Source: Marine group II euryarchaeote REDSEA-S42_B7
Lineage (GTDB): Archaea > Thermoplasmatota > Poseidoniia > Poseidoniales > Thalassarchaeaceae
Direction: 5' to 3'
DNA length: 64,000 nucleotides
Assembly: GCA_001629255.1 (NCBI GenBank)
Contig: LURZ01000009.1
Coordinates: 20,876 to 84,875 of the forward strand
Both the position numbers and the translations under genes were made by a program. Below the pieces are notes generated by a model. The model was not told where the DNA came from, searched no databases, and saw nothing but the letters and a program-made list of their open reading frames with translations. Positions 40,336 through 48,958 of the stretch are shown piece after piece; positions within the stretch are counted from its first letter, which is position 1, and the number at the start of each line of letters is the position of its first letter.

Positions 40336-40409
40336 GCACGAGTGGCAGAGCAGCTATGCAATGGACTGCAGATCCATGGACCCGGGTGCAAATCCCGGCT
40401 CGTGCTCCA
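40336..40409 (+). tRNA. tRNA-Cys(GCA), CCA encoded
   Basis: Acceptor GCACGAG/CTCGTGC-T-CCA (U73), anticodon arm ATGGA-CTGCAGA-TCCAT, T-stem CCGGG/CCCGG. Confidence 0.94.
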
Positions 40410-40414
40410 CCTAT

Positions 40415-41458
40415 TCACAGACCTGATATCTGTACTACCATGAACGCTGCTGATATCACTATTGCAACCATCACGAAGAAACGATCGAAGCCCCTCGAAT
40501 CGAGCGGCTCACCCTGGAAGGTCATGCCGTCCTCGATGCCCTCGTCTCTGAGCCTTAGGTAGACCAGGAGGAATATGAGCATGGTCGCTGGTCCCGAAAT
40601 CGCATCCATCTCATTCTGCTCTGAGAACTGTCTAATGGGGCCAAAGACGAAACCGAAGTAGTTGGCTATCGTCACGGTAAGGAAAGCGAAAAGTGCAGGG
40701 TGTGCCACTACCCACATCCCCCTAGCCCCTTGGGTCAGGATAACGACTGCCCATAGCACGTAAGTCAGTAGAAGAGCACCAGTGAAGGCTACAGTTACTT
40801 TTGTAGGAGCTAGTAGACCATCCTCCCACGATCCTGGAATGACCGCGTCAATTACGGATTCCGGGTCAGCGATCTGCCTGAACACGTAGAACATTCCCGT
40901 GGCGATTACTACTACCAGACCCATCAGAGCCACTGGGTCTTTGATGCTGATACCGAACGAGAGTGAGTCCAAGCCCTCGTCAACCTCGTCCTCCGTACGA
41001 AGCATCATGTACGCGCCGGCATAAGCCAAGGTCACGATAGGAGTGAGGAACTTGGGGGCCTCGCTAGACTCGCTAGAATCATTCCAGAAAATCCAGATCA
41101 CCGCGCTAGCAACGACTAGTCCGACTAGAACGGGGAGCATCACCTTCCACATGCCACGAGCACCCTCATTGAGAATCAGCATGGTCGACATGAAAATACC
41201 GAACATCAGGATGCCGTTGAACGCGAACTCTGGCGCGCCAGCACCGAAGGCCGGATCACCAGTTTGGGCACCTTGGAACGGGGTAATACCATTGTCAAGC
41301 AAGGTGAAGCATCCAACTCCAATGCTCGATTCCCCTCCAGTAGTGTAACACGCCGAGAAGAACATGAAGTTCAACGAGTAAACCAGTGTTACCAGGGCAG
41401 TCAGAAGAAGCAGTGCTTCGCCGGGCGTCGATTTTATCCTCTCAAAAACTAAGGCCAT
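40415..41458 (-). CDS. Hypothetical polytopic membrane protein with internal duplication
   Basis: About 9 TM; repeated GARGMW motif. Start at 41458 or 41476. Confidence 0.75.
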   Translation of the reverse strand: MALVFERIKSTPGEALLLLTALVTLVYSLNFMFFSACYTTGGESSIGVGCFTLLDNGITPFQGAQTGDPAFGAGAPEFAFNGILMFGIFMSTMLILNEGARGMWKVMLPVLVGLVVASAVIWIFWNDSSESSEAPKFLTPIVTLAYAGAYMMLRTEDEVDEGLDSLSFGISIKDPVALMGLVVVIATGMFYVFRQIADPESVIDAVIPGSWEDGLLAPTKVTVAFTGALLLTYVLWAVVILTQGARGMWVVAHPALFAFLTVTIANYFGFVFGPIRQFSEQNEMDAISGPATMLIFLLVYLRLRDEGIEDGMTFQGEPLDSRGFDRFFVMVAIVISAAFMVVQISGL

Positions 41459-41502
41459 TAATAACTCACTCACCATCCGAATATAATCTATTAGGGTACA
41501 TT

Positions 41503-42456
41503 CTAGGTGGAGAAGGGGAGATTCTCAGGGTCTACGTTGCCACCACACAGGATTATTCCAATCGATCCGATGCCCTCCTTTGCTCGGAACTCCTCCTTCA
41601 GAACCGCGGCCAGGGAGATGGCCCCGCTGGGTTCCACGATCATCCCGAATTCTTCGTGAATCAGCGACATTGCCTCTAGAACAGCATTGTCACTGACGGT
41701 GACAATTTCTTCTACGTGGCTCTTGATGATTGGCCACGTCTTCTCGCCCATGCTGGTCAACAGACCATCACAGATAGTATCGGGACCTGTCTGGGGCATA
41801 TACTCCCCGGCCTCCAGAGACCTAGCAGCATCGTCAGCCCCTTCTGGCTCCGCTCCGAAAATACGGGCTTCCGGAAGCAGAGCTCTAGTGGAAATGCAGG
41901 TCCCAGACATTAGGCCACCTCCGCCTATAGGGGACAAGATGGCGTTGAGGGTCTCACAATCCTCAATCATCTCCTTGGCTGCAGTTCCCTGTCCGGCTAT
42001 GACGCTGAGGTTGTCAAAAGGATGGATGAAGGTCGCCCCGGTCCTTTCAAGCACCGAATTCGCAGTAGAAATCCTCGCATCCAGGTTAGGCTCGCAGAGG
42101 ATCACCTCTGCACCATGGCTAATGACGCCGTTGATCTTAACCTTGGGAGCGTTGTTAGGCATCACGATGTAAGCAGGGACTCCCCTCTGCTTTGCAGCCA
42201 AAGCGACTGCCTGTCCATGGTTCCCGCTGCTGTGAGTGCAAAGACCATCCTCTGCGTCGTCCCCGAGGACTCTTAACGCATTAGAAGCCCCTCGGAATTT
42301 GAACGCCTTGACGTGTTGGGCATTCTCACACTTCATGAAAACCTTCCTTCCAGCGATTTCGTCAATTTTCGCGGAATTTACAACTGGAGTCCTCACGATT
42401 ACTCCTTCGAGCGCTTTAGCAGCCTCGACGATATCGGAGAACGCAACTTCTTCCAT
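41503..42456 (-). CDS. Serine/threonine dehydratase / serine racemase family (PLP)
   Basis: KCEN...AFKFRGA, HSSGNHGQAVA, GQGT, PIGGGGLMSG, VEPSGA, CGGNVD. Confidence 0.92.
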   Translation of the reverse strand: MEEVAFSDIVEAAKALEGVIVRTPVVNSAKIDEIAGRKVFMKCENAQHVKAFKFRGASNALRVLGDDAEDGLCTHSSGNHGQAVALAAKQRGVPAYIVMPNNAPKVKINGVISHGAEVILCEPNLDARISTANSVLERTGATFIHPFDNLSVIAGQGTAAKEMIEDCETLNAILSPIGGGGLMSGTCISTRALLPEARIFGAEPEGADDAARSLEAGEYMPQTGPDTICDGLLTSMGEKTWPIIKSHVEEIVTVSDNAVLEAMSLIHEEFGMIVEPSGAISLAAVLKEEFRAKEGIGSIGIILCGGNVDPENLPFST

Positions 42457-42518
42457 GTATTATCAGGCTTCGCAGATGAGAGCAATACATCATTACTGCG
42501 GCTCGACCTGGTCATTAC

Positions 42519-42932
42519 ATGGTAAGCCAAAGCGAGCCGCAGTGGAAGCCGCATGCAGTCACAGCCGTGCTGTTGATTCTCGATGCCCTAGTGTTCGGCG
42601 TCGCACCGAGCGGACCTTGGGACGACTCCAGTTTTTCCAGAGGAGTAATCGGTCTTATAGGGGCATCCTTAGCCTATGTGGCTTGGTATCGTCGAACATT
42701 CAAGAGAAAGGGACTAGTCCCTTGGATTGACCTTTGGGAGAAACCAGAGGAGTCCGCCAGACTAGTTCTATATGCCTCCATAGGATTTCTAGCAATTTCC
42801 TGGGTAGCTGGAAATCCAATGCAACCTCACCTTCCTGATCCAACCGGGCTCATCTTGGTTCTAATTGGACTCCTTCTGAGTCTCCAGGCCGTATACGTAT
42901 ACCTCGTCATAGGCCCTCTAAAAGAGGAGTGA
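42519..42932 (+). CDS. Hypothetical membrane protein
   Basis: Four hydrophobic segments; fills the gap. Confidence 0.7.
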   Translation: MVSQSEPQWKPHAVTAVLLILDALVFGVAPSGPWDDSSFSRGVIGLIGASLAYVAWYRRTFKRKGLVPWIDLWEKPEESARLVLYASIGFLAISWVAGNPMQPHLPDPTGLILVLIGLLLSLQAVYVYLVIGPLKEE

Positions 42933-42933
42933 A

Positions 42934-43473
42934 CTACCTCTTCCCGGGTTTCCAGAACTGCAGAGGTAGCGGGGAGTCTCCTTTCATAGCCCTGAACGCT
43001 AGATGATCAGCTCGCTCATTCCACCTATGACCGATGTGAGCAGGCACATGCTCACCACTCAGCATTATCAGGCCAGATACTTCCCTCCATAAAGAACTCA
43101 CTCTCCTTGCTAATTCTTGATTTGCCTTCGCCTCCCAAGTCCCCGAGGCTATATTCAAAGCATAAGTCGAGTCACTCCTCACTATTGCTGCCCCTACTTC
43201 CTTCTCCAGAATAACCCACCTCAGAGCATGGGCGATGGCCGATAGCTCGGCGGTGTTGTTAGAACCCACTTCGGCACCCAAAAACCCATCATCCTCTGGA
43301 TTTGTGACGACATGTCCAAATGATTCCGTCAAGAGACTCCCCTTACCATTTCCAGACCCGGTATCCTCTGAGATTACACAGAACCCCCATCCAGCTTTGG
43401 TATCTGATGTAACATTACGATTCTCTCCACATGAACCGTCAACGTAGATGTGTACCGGCCGAGTAGACCCCAT
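42934..43473 (-). CDS. rnhA: Ribonuclease HI
   Basis: IYVDGSC, SNNTAELSAI, SDSTY, HVPAHIG, NERADHLA (DEDD catalytic set). Confidence 0.92.
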   Translation of the reverse strand: MGSTRPVHIYVDGSCGENRNVTSDTKAGWGFCVISEDTGSGNGKGSLLTESFGHVVTNPEDDGFLGAEVGSNNTAELSAIAHALRWVILEKEVGAAIVRSDSTYALNIASGTWEAKANQELARRVSSLWREVSGLIMLSGEHVPAHIGHRWNERADHLAFRAMKGDSPLPLQFWKPGKR

Positions 43474-43475
43474 GG

Positions 43476-43859
43476 TCACTCTCCGATAAGTTTGGAGTAA
43501 CTGCCTGCATCCAGAAGCCCACTCAGATCCAAATCGGGACCTACCTTGATTTTGCATATCCAACCCGAGCCATATGGGTCCTCGTTTATCTGCTCTGGCG
43601 AATCTTCCAGAGAATGGTTGACTTCGGTTACGGTACCGGCGACAGGGGCATAAATCTCGCTAACTGACTTCACAGATTCGACACTCGCAAAAGACTCCAT
43701 CGCACTCACCTCGATGTCAGTTTCGGGTAGCTCGACCCAAACCACCTCAGTTAGGGCATTCTGGGCAAAGTCAGTTATTCCTATGCTCACCTCGTCTCCT
43801 TCAACTCTAACCCACTCATGCTCCTCAGTGTATTTCAGCTCTTCAGGAACCTCTCCCAT
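43476..43859 (-). CDS. gcvH: Glycine cleavage system H protein
   Basis: YTEEHEW, GITDFAQ, VESVKSVSEIYAPV (lipoyl Lys), NEDPYGSGWI. Confidence 0.96.
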   Translation of the reverse strand: MGEVPEELKYTEEHEWVRVEGDEVSIGITDFAQNALTEVVWVELPETDIEVSAMESFASVESVKSVSEIYAPVAGTVTEVNHSLEDSPEQINEDPYGSGWICKIKVGPDLDLSGLLDAGSYSKLIGE

Positions 43860-43910
43860 ACCATCTACCATTCTACCCGTGCAGCGGACATGGGGTCAAG
43901 TTTTCGCTCC

Positions 43911-44267
43911 CTACTCCTCACTGTGTTTTGACTCCAGGTGCTCCATCTCCATCCTTGCCCATTTGGAACTAAGACCCTGCATGCTGGCCTCCTCCCTCTC
44001 TTTCTCTAACCTAGATATCATAGCCTCTTCGGCTTCTCTACTGATCATTGAGTCTGTAGGCCATCTCCCGTGTTCCTTCCCCCTGCCCGCTGCTAGTGAG
44101 ACAAGAAGAACCGATGCTAAGACAGCGGTTGCACAGACTACCGAGAAGACTCCGAACTCTGAAAAATCAGTGAATCTACCATCTACGACTGCAATGGATG
44201 TCACCGCCAACAGACAGAGAATGAATCCCGACAGGAGCCTGCTCATCCTTGAAGCCGGAGAATCCAT
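43911..44267 (-). CDS. Hypothetical membrane protein
   Basis: Two N-terminal TM helices and a charged C-terminus. Confidence 0.65.
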   Translation of the reverse strand: MDSPASRMSRLLSGFILCLLAVTSIAVVDGRFTDFSEFGVFSVVCATAVLASVLLVSLAAGRGKEHGRWPTDSMISREAEEAMISRLEKEREEASMQGLSSKWARMEMEHLESKHSEE

Positions 44268-44313
44268 GGCTTCACGAATTCGACACTTCCAATCAACTTG
44301 ACCTAAGTTAGCA

Positions 44314-44892
44314 TCACAACTCTTGGATTAACTTGTGAATCTTGTATGGAAGTAGGGACCTGTTTACTGGAGTCACCTCCAGTATTCGAGCGTCGGCCCT
44401 CCTCCTGATATCCTGCAATAGAGGGTGGCGACTTTTTTTGTGAAGAGTCAGCAGAGTAGGTAGGTCGTGCTGCAATGCCAACCTAACAGAATTGACGAAA
44501 CCCTCGCTTTCAACAGTGAACTTCCCGACCTCGTCTATCACTAGGATCTCACAGTTTCCTATACTGTCAATTATCGCAGGGACCCCAACCCTTTCGATTT
44601 CACTTGGGTCTATGCCGAAACCAAGTATCCGATTCCTAGAGTCTATTTCTCTATGGGCCATCACTCCCTTCTCACCGGTAAGAATGTTTACGCAGGCATA
44701 TCCGACCCTCTCTCCGTTCTCAATTACTGGCTCGCACCTCATGCCCCCAATAATGTGCTCAGGGGGATTGGGCCCCTTGGTCCTCCTGAAGCCACTACCC
44801 TCTTCGGAGATCATGTCTACAACTTTCTGAAGTACAGCCGACTTTCCCGAGCGTGGGAGACCAGTAATTCCGATCTTTGGATTGATTCCCAT
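44314..44892 (-). CDS. Nucleoside-triphosphatase (THEP1/NTPase_1 family)
   Basis: ITGLPRSGKS Walker A, LVIDEVGKF Walker B, EVTPVNR. Confidence 0.88.
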   Translation of the reverse strand: MGINPKIGITGLPRSGKSAVLQKVVDMISEEGSGFRRTKGPNPPEHIIGGMRCEPVIENGERVGYACVNILTGEKGVMAHREIDSRNRILGFGIDPSEIERVGVPAIIDSIGNCEILVIDEVGKFTVESEGFVNSVRLALQHDLPTLLTLHKKSRHPLLQDIRRRADARILEVTPVNRSLLPYKIHKLIQEL

Positions 44893-45035
44893 GCTACTCT
44901 CCTAAATGCATTCCAAGTTCGGAACGTCCCGCGTATGCAAACCATGGATATTAATCCATTCTCGATATGGGTGGTTTTCCGGAACTAGGAAAACGAAATC
45001 CGAAATCTGCAAATTGTCGTAGGTCCGTTATCCCT

Positions 45036-46991
45036 CTAGGCAGGCACTCCAAACTCTCCGCCCTCTATTTCGAACGGTAGAGTCTCGATTTCGTAGTTAT
45101 TCACATTGTTATTTGCCGCCCACGCTTTGGACCACAGGTCTAGATCTTCTGAATTCAGTTGACTAGCAAGGACTCTCAAACCCTCTTCAATGGTTCCGAA
45201 CCTATCCTTTAGCCGCTCTGTAACCTCGCGAGGCAGATCGAGGAAGCTTACCGAGTTCCCGATAACGCAGCCTTCCGGAACGACCGCCCACACTAATCTC
45301 CTCTCAGAGTTAGGATTCACCACCGCCTGACAGGCGATTCTAGACTGGACGGCCATATTTTTCGGTCCTGACCACCCAGAACTATTTGTCTCTAGCTCGC
45401 CTATATTGTTGGCATTGAAAGCGGGGTGTCTAATCACCCCTCTACCATCCTCGAAATGGATGTGAGACGCCCTTATGAACGGAAGTAGACCCTCTCTCCA
45501 TTCGCATATCTCGTCCTCCCAGGTAGATCTCTCAACCTCCCCTACTTTGACTTTGATGACTCTAGTACTCGGATTCAAGCCCGTTCCATCTTCAACCAGA
45601 CGAGGCTTATCGGCTAGTTTTCCTATTGCTGCCAAGGTCCTAGTCCTTTCAATCGGAGATCTGGGCATCTTTGGTACTGCCCATGATGCATCCGTCCATG
45701 AGGACCATGGCCCTCTATCTAACTCAAAGAACGGAGCATCGGACACAAGTCCATTGCCCGACGAGAGGTCATTGGTCTGCAGAGGTCCGAAGCTGGTTAG
45801 GACATCGGTTTCCTCTCCAACTGTGACACCGATCACAGATACTCCTTGTGAACCTCCAAAAAGCAACTTCTGATCTTCTGGAAATGACCAAACTGAATCC
45901 CATTGGTTTGACTCAACAAGCAGTTTTCTAAGCGGCAGGCTGCTTTTTTCTCTCAGAACCGAACTGGGCACTACCAGTCTTGCCCTTCCTCCTTTCTGAC
46001 ACAGCTGCATTGATCTTTCGATGTAAAGTCTGTATAGGTTAACATTCCCTTTGATTGCTGAAAATCTGGTTCTTCCATCTGATTCCTTGAACTCCCTTAG
46101 TTGGCAAGAAAGCCTCTTTCTAAGAGCACTCCCATCTGGATGTCCTCTGAACCTATCCTTGATTCTGAGCCACGGAGGGCGTGAAACTAGAAGCATTGGG
46201 CCTTCGTTCCAGGGCCACTCGCCAAGTAGAGGATCAACACAACGCACGTTACTCTCGATAATCATCTCTGCCTCACTGAGACCAATCTTTCCTTCGTTCC
46301 CTTCTCCATCCAGGTCTACAAGGTCTAGCCTGGCAAGAACAATTACGATTCTCTTCCTCGCCGAAGTGACTGCCACCTCGGAACTGTCAACCAACTGTAG
46401 TCCCTCCAAGAGTCGCAGAGTGTCTTCTCTCCTCTCAGTCGGCGTTTTTCCTGAAATTCTTTCAGAGTGTATCCTCAATATTCTCTCAACGAAGAGACCG
46501 CCCCCCACACAAGGGTCTGCGAACGGAATCGGAATTCCCGACATCGTTCTGTTATCCATTTCCGGACTGTCGCTTTTGGAGTCCCCATTCTCATCGATGT
46601 TCTCATTAATCTGCTTCGCAAAGCCTCTGAAGCTGGGTGGAAGAGCAGCTAGAGAGAGTGTAGCGGGAGGTTCTTTCTTCTTACCTCTTCCATGGCGCAA
46701 TTCGTCGTACAGTATTGCATCGACAAAACGTGCTGGAGGTGCGTAAACTCCCCTCGGGGAACGCCCATCGCTCTGGGCATCATACCTAGCGATTAGGTGA
46801 TCTAGAACTGTTCCTGGGTTGCTGAGTAGACCTGCGGGAAGAGTCGGCCAATTGTTTGGAAGAGTAGCTGCTATAGGGAGACCTTTCTTTGTTGCCTCAA
46901 GCCATGAATCGAGCCAAGTTCCGATCTGTTGGGTCCTCTCTGGACACTCATGATCTAGTCTCGCATACCACCCAGAAGTTTCGCTTGTCAT
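45036..46991 (-). CDS. Eco57I/TaqI-type (gamma-class) DNA adenine methyltransferase homologue with altered catalytic motif
   Basis: FADPCVGGGLF (motif I), VSRPPW where NPPW is expected, NLYRLYIERS, LVVPSSVL, LRKLL, C-terminal TRD-like region ending NNNVNNYEIETLP. Confidence 0.75.
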   Translation of the reverse strand: MTSETSGWYARLDHECPERTQQIGTWLDSWLEATKKGLPIAATLPNNWPTLPAGLLSNPGTVLDHLIARYDAQSDGRSPRGVYAPPARFVDAILYDELRHGRGKKKEPPATLSLAALPPSFRGFAKQINENIDENGDSKSDSPEMDNRTMSGIPIPFADPCVGGGLFVERILRIHSERISGKTPTERREDTLRLLEGLQLVDSSEVAVTSARKRIVIVLARLDLVDLDGEGNEGKIGLSEAEMIIESNVRCVDPLLGEWPWNEGPMLLVSRPPWLRIKDRFRGHPDGSALRKRLSCQLREFKESDGRTRFSAIKGNVNLYRLYIERSMQLCQKGGRARLVVPSSVLREKSSLPLRKLLVESNQWDSVWSFPEDQKLLFGGSQGVSVIGVTVGEETDVLTSFGPLQTNDLSSGNGLVSDAPFFELDRGPWSSWTDASWAVPKMPRSPIERTRTLAAIGKLADKPRLVEDGTGLNPSTRVIKVKVGEVERSTWEDEICEWREGLLPFIRASHIHFEDGRGVIRHPAFNANNIGELETNSSGWSGPKNMAVQSRIACQAVVNPNSERRLVWAVVPEGCVIGNSVSFLDLPREVTERLKDRFGTIEEGLRVLASQLNSEDLDLWSKAWAANNNVNNYEIETLPFEIEGGEFGVPA

Positions 46992-47051
46992 AAGTAGTCG
47001 CGCGATTCGCTCTTCGTGTTTGAATGGTTGTATTGATTACGACCACGATTA

Positions 47052-47657
47052 TCATGAGCTTATGACAAAAACATCTCTTTCTATCTCAATAATCTCGTTC
47101 TTCTGAAGAAGCCAAGATATCGACTCATCAATGTCCTCTGCGGTTATCCCGGGAGACTCCATTAACCGAATTATATTGTCGAAATGCAAACTCTCCCCCT
47201 TCTCATTTGCCTCCTCTATTACAATCAGAATCTTTTGACTAATGTAAGCCAGCAAGAGGTCATCATCAGTCGAAAGCGTTCCGAGGTCAACTAATGGCAC
47301 GCCATCAGTCTCCCTTCCTTCGGCATGTGGGGCCTCCTCCGATGGACCGTATACGTCGAACAGATTCCGCTGGTTTGGATCTGGCAACTGAGATGTTCCA
47401 GCGCTCTCCCTTCTCCTGCTCATCTGTTTGGAAAGATTCTCTATTCTATGGAGTCTCTGCTCGTACCTGAGCTTCTCCCTGCCGAGATGTGACTCCAGCA
47501 GTTCCAACTCTTCATGGGCCCTTTCGTCTAGCCACTTAAATAAGTCCCAGTTTGGATTTTTGCGTAGCATTGACTCCCATAGAAGCGATACGGACTCCGG
47601 TAGTGTTTTTATGTCGATTTTCGGTCCGCCCTTATCCTCTTCTGAGTTGGTACCCAT
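47052..47657 (-). CDS. Hypothetical protein: coiled coil plus C-terminal winged-helix-like domain
   Basis: Heptad-like charged segment; C-terminal ISQKILIVIEE...DIDESISWLLQKNEIIEI resembles an RPA32/MCM-type WH. Confidence 0.65.
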   Translation of the reverse strand: MGTNSEEDKGGPKIDIKTLPESVSLLWESMLRKNPNWDLFKWLDERAHEELELLESHLGREKLRYEQRLHRIENLSKQMSRRRESAGTSQLPDPNQRNLFDVYGPSEEAPHAEGRETDGVPLVDLGTLSTDDDLLLAYISQKILIVIEEANEKGESLHFDNIIRLMESPGITAEDIDESISWLLQKNEIIEIERDVFVISS

Positions 47658-47754
47658 ATTCGGTTGTCAACTTGACCGTCTATCAATTATCTGCTCTGTC
47701 AGAAAACCTCTCATTGGGGTTGGATTGATGAATGAAAAGGTTGTGCCCCTGTCA

Positions 47755-48942
47755 ATGGCGCCCTACAGACTGGCACTTCTGCCCGGGGATGGGACTGGTC
47801 GAGAGGTTATGGAAGAGGTTAAGAGGTTGCTCTCAACCTTCAATGATTCAGGAGCAATTTCATTGGAAACCACCGAGATTCCCTGTGGCGGCCAGCACTA
47901 TCTGGATACTGGTGAGGAGTGGCCGACTGGCTCTTTCGAATACTGTAAAGATGAATCTGATGCCATTGTAGTCGGTGCAGTTGGCTGGCCTGGCGCCACT
48001 CTCCCAAATGGCGATATTGCCGGAGGGCAGGCGCTTCTGGGTCTGAGGTCAGCGTTAGATCTGTACGCTAACGTCAGACCGGTCAAACTCTACAAGGGCG
48101 TCAAGCACAAGGTGCATGGAACCTTCATCGATGTTTGGGACAACGAACTTGTAGATATCGTAATGGTCAGAGAAAATACCGAGGGCCTGTACCATGCCCT
48201 GTTAAGGAGATCTGGAATGGCAGCTAGAGGAGAGGAAAGGGACCAGCCGCTTGAAATCCACGAATTCCCGGGTCTGGAAGGAGAAGTAGGCTGGGACGTT
48301 AGGCCGATATCGCGCAAGGGTAGCGAGAGAGTTATCCGTTTCTCATTTGAACTAGCCAGGAGACGTGAATCCAGACTTGGGAGCGTTCAGAAGGTAACAT
48401 GCGTAGACAAGAGCAACGTCACTAGGGGATGCAGACTATTCAGGGACGTGTTCAGAGACGTCTCATCTGAATACCAGAGCATTGTAACCAACGAGGCGTT
48501 CATTGATGCATTCACTATGTGGCTAGTCAGGAGTCCAGAGGATCTTGATGTAGTAGTTCTTCCGAACATGTTTGGAGATATAGCCACAGATCTAGCCTCA
48601 GTACTGCAGGGTGGGATGGGTATGGCGGCCAGCGCCAACATAGGAGATGAACACATGTTATTCGAGCCAGTTCACGGGTCCAGTCCGAAATACGCAGGAC
48701 AGAACAAAGTGAATCCCATCGCAGCAATATCCTCTGTGCAATTGATGTTCGACTCTCTTGGTTTGAAGAATGACGATCAGGAAGCGATATTGTGCGCAGA
48801 AGTCATTGAGAGAGCGATCTCAGAACACATGTCTTCAGGAGGTCCCGTGACTTACGACTTGGGAGGCAAGGCCTCAACTACGGAGGTCGGCGAGGCCATA
48901 GCGTCCAGATGTGCGGCGATCCTCACTGACTTAGGTAGCTGA
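47755..48942 (+). CDS. Isocitrate/isopropylmalate dehydrogenase family beta-decarboxylating dehydrogenase
   Basis: LPGDGTGREV, LYANVRP, RENTEGLY, VDKSNV, NMFGDI, FEPVHGSSP; start ATG 47755. Confidence 0.92.
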   Translation: MAPYRLALLPGDGTGREVMEEVKRLLSTFNDSGAISLETTEIPCGGQHYLDTGEEWPTGSFEYCKDESDAIVVGAVGWPGATLPNGDIAGGQALLGLRSALDLYANVRPVKLYKGVKHKVHGTFIDVWDNELVDIVMVRENTEGLYHALLRRSGMAARGEERDQPLEIHEFPGLEGEVGWDVRPISRKGSERVIRFSFELARRRESRLGSVQKVTCVDKSNVTRGCRLFRDVFRDVSSEYQSIVTNEAFIDAFTMWLVRSPEDLDVVVLPNMFGDIATDLASVLQGGMGMAASANIGDEHMLFEPVHGSSPKYAGQNKVNPIAAISSVQLMFDSLGLKNDDQEAILCAEVIERAISEHMSSGGPVTYDLGGKASTTEVGEAIASRCAAILTDLGS

Positions 48943-48958
48943 ACAAGACATGAGGGCC

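Noticed and set aside
46051..46746. 231-aa plus-strand ORF inside the MTase, considered as a hidden partner gene
   Set aside because: Typical antisense shadow with no motifs.
45036..47657. Classical restriction-modification system
   Set aside because: No PD-(D/E)xK, HNH or helicase motifs were recognised in either gene, and the MTase catalytic motif is altered.
47428..47754. N-terminal extension making the dehydrogenase 504 aa
   Set aside because: Antisense to the 47052-47657 gene; family motifs start at ATG 47755, so it is not a fusion.
47755..48942. Calling this gene leuB or icd
   Set aside because: Substrate specificity cannot be assigned from motifs and there are no leu neighbours.
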